A model generated the notes under the pieces. That model made no database searches and was not told the origin of the DNA. It was given only the letters and a program-made list of their open reading frames with translations. The translations under genes were made by a program, and so were the position numbers. A stretch of DNA of 64,000 nt from an uncultured Acidobacteriaceae bacterium (lineage in GTDB: Bacteria > Acidobacteriota > Terriglobia > Terriglobales > Acidobacteriaceae), in NCBI GenBank assembly GCA_963815485.1, contig CAWFGQ010000001.1, forward strand, positions 762,387 through 826,386, in the 5' to 3' direction. Shown piece by piece: positions 45,964 through 60,992 of the stretch. Position 1 is the first letter of the stretch, and each line of letters starts with the position of its first letter.

Positions 45964-46881
45964 TTGCTCCATCGTCTTCTGTCGAGACTCTCGACGGAGT
46001 GGTCGCATTGCTTTGTGCATGTCGACAGGAAGGCCGACGTGCGACAGTTTCAACGCAGTCATTCTGACGAGAACGTGACGTTTCTGCCGAAGAGCCAACG
46101 CGTCAATGTGCATTGGTGCGGCTATAGCACCTCGGCAGCGATCTTGAATCTTTTGCGTCATGCGATGGCATCGGATTTGCGGCCTGAACGGTTTGTTCTG
46201 TTGTCGGGTGTGGACTATCCGGTTCAGCCTATGGACCGGATCCGTGAGGTGATCTCGGAGGACAGAGAGTTCATCCAGATCGATCGTGAGACAGATCCTG
46301 ATGGGACGAGCCAGTACGATCGGTGCCTGAACAGGCGATTTCTGGGGGACAACAAGGTGCTGAATCCACGTACAGCGCCAGCTCGGGTGGAGGAGTTTGT
46401 ACGCAGGCTGGAAGATCGGTGGGTGAGACGGTATCCGAAGGGGCTGCGGGTGTTCTACGGGCCAACGTGGTGGACGCTGACGAGGGAAGGGGCCGCCGAG
46501 GTGTTGCGGTACGTCGAGGAGAACCGGGCGGTGGCGCGGTGGTTTGCCGGGGCGCGTGTGCCTGATGAGAGCCTGTTTCACACGATCCTTAAGACGTCGT
46601 CGCGTTCGGAAGAGATTGAGTTTGATGCGACGCGATTGGATGAGCCTTCGTTTGGTATGCATCGCCATGCATTGCATTACATTGACTGGACGAATCGAAA
46701 CCCGACCCTGCCGAGGACTCTGGAACTGAGCGATCTGGGAACGATTACCGCGAGCGGCGCCCTGTTTGCTCGGAAGATGGACTCGTTGCGATCAGCCGAG
46801 CTGCTCGATGCGCTGGATGAAGCGTGCGGCGTGGAGCCGTGGAGTTTGAGCGTGAGGCGGGATGTGGTCTTCTCTGCGTAG
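45964..46881 (+). CDS. glycosyltransferase family 14 (core-2/I-branching 'Branch' domain) protein; N-terminus problematic
   Basis: Blocks HCFVHVDRKAD, LSGVDYP, YGPTWWTLTREGA and DESLFHTIL. The conserved first strand (VAFLILAHHEPA, 45928-45963) lies upstream of the first canonical start (TTG 45964). It is preceded by an in-frame TGA at 45892-45894. Confidence 0.7.
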   Translation: MLHRLLSRLSTEWSHCFVHVDRKADVRQFQRSHSDENVTFLPKSQRVNVHWCGYSTSAAILNLLRHAMASDLRPERFVLLSGVDYPVQPMDRIREVISEDREFIQIDRETDPDGTSQYDRCLNRRFLGDNKVLNPRTAPARVEEFVRRLEDRWVRRYPKGLRVFYGPTWWTLTREGAAEVLRYVEENRAVARWFAGARVPDESLFHTILKTSSRSEEIEFDATRLDEPSFGMHRHALHYIDWTNRNPTLPRTLELSDLGTITASGALFARKMDSLRSAELLDALDEACGVEPWSLSVRRDVVFSA

Positions 46882-46935
46882 AAACGGTTCGCGCTGAGCG
46901 CGAATGCCACCTTAGGCGCAAAAGACGCGCCGAAG

Positions 46936-47032
46936 ATGGGGCACCCAGATTATTTTCGATGGGTTAGATGTGAGCCACCCGTCCATGAATGGGGCACCCG
47001 ATGTGTCGCTAGTTTCTATGCATGGGCCACCG
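46936..47032. repeat. four dispersed copies of a 10-11-nt GC-rich motif in the intergenic DNA
   Basis: The copies are ATGGGGCACCC (46936-46946), TGAGCCACCC (46971-46980), ATGGGGCACCC (46989-46999) and ATGGGCCACCG (47022-47032). Two short hairpins precede them: TTCGCGC..GCGCGAA and GGCGC..GCGCC. Confidence 0.6.
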
Positions 47033-47138
47033 CCGAAGGAAGCTCCAAATTTAAAAACAAAAAATTGTTGTTGACGCAGTAATGTGGATGCCTCACATTC
47101 GTTGAAAATCCCGACTGTAAGTTGGAACGAGTCTTCCC

Positions 47139-47723
47139 ATGCAGAGCATTACTCTTTCCCCCTCGACCGCTTTAACCGGACTTGTCCTCATCTTAGCGCT
47201 GGCCATCTCAGATGGCATGCTTGTCCACGCATTCCGGGAGCAAAGAGCAGTACTGGATTCCTTCGCAAATCGCCAAGCGCAGACCTTACCTGCAGTTGGT
47301 GAGGGGTTGCCCACGCTGTCAGGCCGCAAGTTGACGACTGGTGAGGACTTCAGTGTAGTTCCGGCTTCCACAGAGCTCATGACACTCCTGGTGTTCCGGG
47401 AGTCATGCCAGTACTGTGAACAAAACTGGAAGAACTGGGAAACGCTCTATAACACGCCCTCCAATAAGATGCCCATCGTCTTCATCAGCGGCGATAGTGC
47501 GGTCAGTGCATCCTACCGACAGAAACATCCCTTGTTGGATGGACATATCGCTTTGGTTGGAATAAAGCCGGAAATCTTGGCGTCGTTGAAACTGGGAGCG
47601 ACACCCCAGACCGTCCTCGTGGTCGATGGGAAGGTAAAGCGAGGTTGGCCTGGCGTTCTCACTGACGACGACATTAAGGAAGTAAAGCAAGCGGCCTCGG
47701 ATGAGCTAGCTCGCCACGACTGA
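47139..47723 (+). CDS. membrane-anchored TlpA/ResA-like thioredoxin-fold thiol-disulfide oxidoreductase
   Basis: 194 aa with an N-terminal transmembrane anchor (ALTGLVLILALAISDGMLV). The CxxC lies in LLVFRESCQYCEQNW, and a cis-Pro-type block is LGATPQTVLVVDGKV. Confidence 0.7.
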   Translation: MQSITLSPSTALTGLVLILALAISDGMLVHAFREQRAVLDSFANRQAQTLPAVGEGLPTLSGRKLTTGEDFSVVPASTELMTLLVFRESCQYCEQNWKNWETLYNTPSNKMPIVFISGDSAVSASYRQKHPLLDGHIALVGIKPEILASLKLGATPQTVLVVDGKVKRGWPGVLTDDDIKEVKQAASDELARHD

Positions 47724-47774
47724 GCATTTTGTTGAAGTCAGCGCAACAATAACTGTTCTACGGAGGAAACCATA

Positions 47775-47978
47775 ATGCAAAAACTTTTCACGACGATATT
47801 GCGTACAAGTCTTGCGGCTGCGGCAATCACGCTTGCTGTGGGTCTCATGACCCTTCCTAAGACCTTTGTTCGTCCAGTTCATGCTCAAAGATCTTGTACC
47901 TGTTGCGCGGACGCGCCGTGTGGTCTGTGCAGCTATGATTGCGGCGTTTGCACGGGCGGCGGTACATGTTCACACTGA
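47775..47978 (+). CDS. secreted cysteine-rich peptide precursor (67 aa; predicted 30-aa mature peptide with 8 Cys)
   Basis: A strong RBS (GGAGGA) lies 7 nt upstream of the ATG. The leader is Sec-type (MQKLFTTILRTSLAAAAITLAVGLMTLPKTFVRPVHA). The core is QRSCTCCADAPCGLCSYDCGVCTGGGTCSH. An intrinsic terminator follows directly. It lies 51 nt downstream of the TlpA-like gene. Confidence 0.6.
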   Translation: MQKLFTTILRTSLAAAAITLAVGLMTLPKTFVRPVHAQRSCTCCADAPCGLCSYDCGVCTGGGTCSH

Positions 47979-47990
47979 TGCGAGAGCCTC

Positions 47991-48026
47991 TCCGACCCCA
48001 TCCATTAGGGGGTCGGACCTTTTCTC
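47991..48026 (+). terminator. intrinsic terminator of the TlpA-like / Cys-peptide unit
   Basis: Stem TCCGACCCC / GGGGTCGGA (47991-47999 and 48009-48017), followed by CCTTTTCTC. Confidence 0.75.
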
Positions 48027-48116
48027 GGTGACCCGGACTTTTGTTACCTTGGGGCCTTGTTATCGTGCCAATTCCCCACACAATCGTTTTGCTGCTTGCC
48101 CAATGATTGAGGCATT

Positions 48117-48980
48117 GTGCCTATGGTGTTCCGTCGACAGCTAAGCATTCTCTTTGTCCTCGTGATTCTCTTCTTCACGGGGCGGTTGAGCGGCATGGTA
48201 CGTCTTCCACCGGCTCATACCGTTCTTTCGATTCAGGAGCCGAGGTCGGTCACGGCAAGCCGATCGGTATCGGACCTTCCGAGCTTTGAGGTCGTATCCG
48301 TAAAACCTAATCTTGACCCGAATGCCCCTTTCTATGTCCGATTCACGCCGGATGGCTTTTCTACCCGGAATTGCACAATCAAAACCCTAATCAAACTCAC
48401 TTTTTATTTGAAAGACGATCGTCTGGTCGTAAACCTTCCTCACGACAAGGAAGCTTTCTATGATGTCGAGGCCAAAGTCGCCGAAGGTGACATGGCAAGG
48501 TTCAAGCGACTCTCTGACCTGCAGAAACATTTCATGCTGCAGAGTCTTCTCACGGAGCGATTTCAGCTCAAGTCCCACTTCACTTCGAAAGAACTTCCTG
48601 TGTATGCCCTCGTGATCGACAAGAGTGGCGTAAAGCTTACCAATGCCAAGCCGAATGCAGACGGAGAGATCGAGAAAGCGATGAAGTTGACGGGCAGGTA
48701 TACCGTCGCCGTTACCGGATGGGCGACAGAAGACTTCTTTGCTCTGCTTACTCAGATGTCAGGCAGATATGTGGTTGATCGAACTGGGTTGACTGGGCGC
48801 TATGATTTTACTCTTAGCTTCGGTCCAGATCCGAGTGTAGACCCAAGGGAAGACGTTCCGTTCGATGGTCCTGTCATATTTACGGCCCTGCGAGAGCAAC
48901 TGGGTCTTGCGCTTGTGCCATCCACCGCCATACTCGACGCGATCGTGATCGAACACGTCGAAGTCCCAACACCGAATTAG
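48117..48980 (+). CDS. TIGR03435-like (DUF3738) secreted protein, copy 2
   Basis: 287 aa with an N-terminal hydrophobic anchor or signal. Family blocks are FEVVSVKPN, YDVEAKV, VVDRTGLTGRYDFTLSF and LGLALVPSTAILDAIVIE. It is clearly paralogous to 43501-44298. Confidence 0.8.
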   Translation: MPMVFRRQLSILFVLVILFFTGRLSGMVRLPPAHTVLSIQEPRSVTASRSVSDLPSFEVVSVKPNLDPNAPFYVRFTPDGFSTRNCTIKTLIKLTFYLKDDRLVVNLPHDKEAFYDVEAKVAEGDMARFKRLSDLQKHFMLQSLLTERFQLKSHFTSKELPVYALVIDKSGVKLTNAKPNADGEIEKAMKLTGRYTVAVTGWATEDFFALLTQMSGRYVVDRTGLTGRYDFTLSFGPDPSVDPREDVPFDGPVIFTALREQLGLALVPSTAILDAIVIEHVEVPTPN

Positions 48981-49089
48981 ACGATTTCTGAACGTCACGT
49001 TGAATTCGCCCGCGATCTCACTCGGCGAGTTCAGTGGTATGAGCGGCCGTCAGCGCGGAATTGCTGCTATATCGTTGTTTGCAGCATGT

Positions 49090-49125
49090 AACAACGGGCG
49101 GACTCTTTCGAGTCCGCCCGTTGTT
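49090..49125. terminator. strong hairpin between the convergent TIGR03435 and rpoC genes (no clear U-tract)
   Basis: 16-bp perfect stem AACAACGGGCGGACTC / GAGTCCGCCCGTTGTT with loop TTTC. Confidence 0.5.
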
Positions 49126-49182
49126 GGTTGAAAAGCAGATTCCTTCGCTACGCTACGGAATGACAACCAAGAAAAATCGACG

Positions 49183-53373
<4,191 letters not shown>

Positions 53374-53546
53374 ATTTTGCGTCTCCCGTATGCAGCGGGT
53401 TAGCTGCTGTTGCTAAATCTGTGCGATGGCTTTCGGTGCATCGCGTTACCGGTGGTTCTGTTGCAGTTGCTTTTTTTCGATTGTGGGTGCCACCTGAGGT
53501 GGCGACCTGGGGAGTGTACGCAGTGACCTCCCCAGGCCTTAGTGCA

Positions 53547-58034
<4,488 letters not shown>

Positions 58035-58655
58035 GCTCTCTCCTGAAAAACTGACCTTCGAGGCCTCTTGAGCGTGATCGCCAGCATCTGATTGGCTGGC
58101 TATAACTCGCGAGGGGAGGGTTTTGGTCATGCCCTCCGGGGTGGTTCTGATTGCGCAATTGCTACTTTCTTCGGTTCCTGTTGCTCTCGATAACGACAGG
58201 TTCCGTGCGCAGAATGTCTCGCCGTATTGTGTTTCCCGGCACTTACGAAATCTCGAAACTTTTACTGACCGCAAGCGCCCGAAGCTGCTATAAATGACGC
58301 GTGCAGACGGTTGCTATGCCTGTAAACACGGCAAAGCGCTCGATGGGACAGCGCGTCCCATGAGCGCAAAGGTCGACTTGTGCACTATTTCTGAATTGGT
58401 GATAGTAATGCCTGCCGCCATTTGAGGTTCGCCTTACCCCAAAGTTGCTGCTCGCTGATGCCAATTGCACTATTCGCGTCCGCCGCTAGAAACGAATAGT
58501 GGCCGGTTCCTTAGCCTGTTCTCGAACAGGATGATCCGGGTACTACCAAAGTTTGCCGAAAAGTAGGGCCGCCAAGGGACACGCCGAGGCGGAACGAATT
58601 TTTCTCTAACAACAAGAATATCGCGTTCCGCCCCAGGTTGCAAGGTGGCAGGTAA

Positions 58656-59033
58656 CTACTTGATTTCGACAGTGGCGACGCCTTCGAACTTCTTGGCGAT
58701 CGCAGCCGCATCGTCCTTCGAAATGTTCTCCTTCAAGGGCTTCGGAGCACCGTCGACCAGGTCCTTGGCTTCCTTGAGGCCAAGAGCGGTGACTTCGCGT
58801 ACAGCCTTGATGGTGTTGATCTTATTCGCGCCGGCATCCTTGAGGATGACGGTGAACTCGGTCTTTTCCTCAGCCGGGGCTGCTGCTGCCGCGCCGCCGC
58901 CTGCTGCCGGGGCGGCTGCGACTGCTGCCGCTGCCGAGACGCCAAGACGCTCTTCGAGCTTCTTGACCAGAGCCGAGGCCTCAAGGAGGCTCAGGCTAAC
59001 GATTGATTCTTCCAACTGCTGGATGTCTGCCAT
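58656..59033 (-). CDS. rplL: 50S ribosomal protein L7/L12
   Basis: 125 aa: an N-terminal dimerisation helix, an Ala/Gly/Pro hinge and the C-terminal domain [34 protein letters not shown]. Confidence 0.97.
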   Translation of the reverse strand: MADIQQLEESIVSLSLLEASALVKKLEERLGVSAAAAVAAAPAAGGGAAAAAPAEEKTEFTVILKDAGANKINTIKAVREVTALGLKEAKDLVDGAPKPLKENISKDDAAAIAKKFEGVATVEIK

Positions 59034-59179
59034 GTTATTTCTCCAATAAAACTGAACTTTGTACTGCCCTGTTGCTGATTGCTCGCCGAAACCCGACTGC
59101 GATTCGGTTGCCTATGCCTTCCAGGGTTTCCGTTGCGCCCAGACCGGCGCACCCGGGAAGACCAGGCGAAACTTGGTTG

Positions 59180-59902
59180 TTACCCCTCGACCGGTTCCGT
59201 GGTCGCGGCTTCGCCACCCTGCGACGCAGTGGCATTTTCAGGTTGCGCTGCACCTGAAGGCTGCTCGCCTGCCGCGGACTCCTCGACGTGGGCGGCTTCG
59301 ACTACAGGAGCTTCGGCCTTTACTTCTGCCGCCGGAGCTTCAGCCTTGGCTTCTGCCGCGACGGGAGCTGCGGGACCCGCAAACTTACCCTTCTCGACGC
59401 CCTGATTGATGACGACGGCGAGATCGCGGCCGGTGGCATTGATAACCGTGGCCAGACGCTGCGCCGGGGAGTTGATGAGGAAGAGAAGCTTCGAGAAGAG
59501 CTCTTCCTTGCCCGGCATCTTGGCCAGCTGATCGATCTCGGTAATGTTGATGACCTTGCCGTCAACGATTCCGAGCTTGAAGGTGAACTCTGCGTTGTCC
59601 TTGACCCAGTCGGACAGGGCCTTCGCCAAGGCAACCGGATCGCCGGAGGTGTAGGCCACAGCCGAGACGCCCTTGAGACCCTTGAGTGCGTCCTGAACCT
59701 TGGTGCCTTCGCCAGCGCGTGCGGCCAGCTTGTTCTTGACGACGTGATAGCTTCCGCCAGCCTTGCGAATGGTCTTACGCAGCTCGAAGTCCTTCGAGGC
59801 GGTGAGGCCCTTGAAGGTGCCGATGATCGCGGAGGTTGAGTGCTCGAGCTCGGCTGCGAGCTTGGCTACCTTCTCCGACTTGGATGCTCTGGACAGTGCC
59901 AT
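59180..59902 (-). CDS. rplJ: 50S ribosomal protein L10 with a ~70-aa acidic Ala/Glu/Pro-rich C-terminal extension
   Basis: Typical L10 N-terminus (KSEKVAKLAAELEHSTSAIIGTFKGLTASKDFELRKTIRKAGGSYHVVKNKLA). At 240 aa it exceeds the usual ~170. Confidence 0.93.
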   Translation of the reverse strand: MALSRASKSEKVAKLAAELEHSTSAIIGTFKGLTASKDFELRKTIRKAGGSYHVVKNKLAARAGEGTKVQDALKGLKGVSAVAYTSGDPVALAKALSDWVKDNAEFTFKLGIVDGKVINITEIDQLAKMPGKEELFSKLLFLINSPAQRLATVINATGRDLAVVINQGVEKGKFAGPAAPVAAEAKAEAPAAEVKAEAPVVEAAHVEESAAGEQPSGAAQPENATASQGGEAATTEPVEG

Positions 59903-60004
59903 AAAAACCTTGCCTTTAGCTGCTAGCTACAGTCGCTAGCTGAAAATTGCTCCGCTTGCGCGGGCTGAAATCCTGAATCGCTGACAAACGAACCAGCGAA
60001 ATCG

Positions 60005-60715
60005 TTACGCCTTGCTGGCTGCCTCGACTGCGGCAAAGTCCAGCTGAATGCCGGGACCCATCGTAGAGCTGAGCGTGACACCCTTGATGTACTTGCCCTT
60101 GGCTGCTGACGGCTTGGCCTTGATGACGCTGGTCATGATCGTCGTCGCGTTGTCGACCAGCTTCTGTGGGTCGAACGAGAGCTTGCCGACGGGAACATGC
60201 ACGAGAGCAGTCTTGTCGGTGCGGAACTCAACTTTACCGGCCTTGATCTCTTTGACCGCCGAAGCGACGTCAGTGGTGACGGTACCGGTCTTCGGATTGG
60301 GCATCAGGCCCTTGGGTCCGAGAACCTTACCGAGACGGCCGACCGACTTCATCATGTCGGGCGTGGCGATGAGGGCGTCGAAGGCGGTCCAGTTTTCTTT
60401 CTGGATCTTTTCGACGAGCTCTTCGCCGCCGAAGAACTCGGCTCCGGCTGCCTGTGCGTCCTTAACCCTGTCGCCTGAGGCGATGACGGCAACAATCTTG
60501 GTCTTGCCAAGGCCGTGCGGGAGGACGACGGTGCCGCGAACCATCTGGTCGGCGTGCTTGGGGTCGACACCGAGACGCATCGTCAGATCGACGGTCTCGT
60601 CAAACTTGGCATACTTTGCTTTTTGCAGGAGCGGAACTGCATCCGCCAGAACGTAAGGACGGGGCTCAACGAGCGCACGCGCCTTCGCTAAATTCTTTGA
60701 AATCTTCCTGGCCAT
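60005..60715 (-). CDS. rplA: 50S ribosomal protein L1
   Basis: 236 aa with blocks [34 protein letters not shown] and [19 protein letters not shown]. Confidence 0.97.
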   Translation of the reverse strand: MARKISKNLAKARALVEPRPYVLADAVPLLQKAKYAKFDETVDLTMRLGVDPKHADQMVRGTVVLPHGLGKTKIVAVIASGDRVKDAQAAGAEFFGGEELVEKIQKENWTAFDALIATPDMMKSVGRLGKVLGPKGLMPNPKTGTVTTDVASAVKEIKAGKVEFRTDKTALVHVPVGKLSFDPQKLVDNATTIMTSVIKAKPSAAKGKYIKGVTLSSTMGPGIQLDFAAVEAASKA

Positions 60716-60942
60716 CTTTCCTCATCTCCCACTCCACTCGGATCACTTCCCGGGGCGTGGTTATCGACTGCGCTCAACGGCTGGTTGAGACGCTCTTATA
60801 AGTATGCCAAAGATGGGCCATTTTCGCAAGGCGCCGTTTGAATCAGTTGCGGTTTGGGGCTTCGCGTTCTTTCGCTCCTGCGAGCGAAGAAGAGACGAGA
60901 AGAGAATCTTTTCGAGTTCTGCTAAAGGTTGAAAAATGCCGC

Positions 60943-60971
60943 TTGACGGAGCCCTCCGGGAGGCCTATATT
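60943..60971 (+). promoter_or_regulatory. sigma70-type promoter candidate for the radical-SAM gene
   Basis: TTGACG (60943-60948), a 17-nt spacer and TATATT (60966-60971), ending 21 nt upstream of ATG 60993. Confidence 0.5.
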
Positions 60972-60992
60972 CGTCCCACGGTAGGCGAATAA

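Noticed and set aside
46937-47083. 48-codon ORF MGHPDYFRWVRCEPPVHEWGTRCVASFYAWATAEGSSKFKNKKLLLTQ upstream of the TlpA-like gene.
   Set aside because: It runs through the four GGGCACCC-type repeat copies, so its W/C pattern is produced by the DNA repeat. It has no RBS. I treat it as a non-coding repeat, although a leader peptide cannot be fully excluded.
58035-58274. 80-codon N-terminal extension of rpoB given by the ORF track.
   Set aside because: The extension ([21 protein letters not shown]...) has no similarity to beta N-termini. The internal ATG at 58034 has an AGGAGAG RBS and starts right at the conserved RLDFSKI...PNLIEVQ block.
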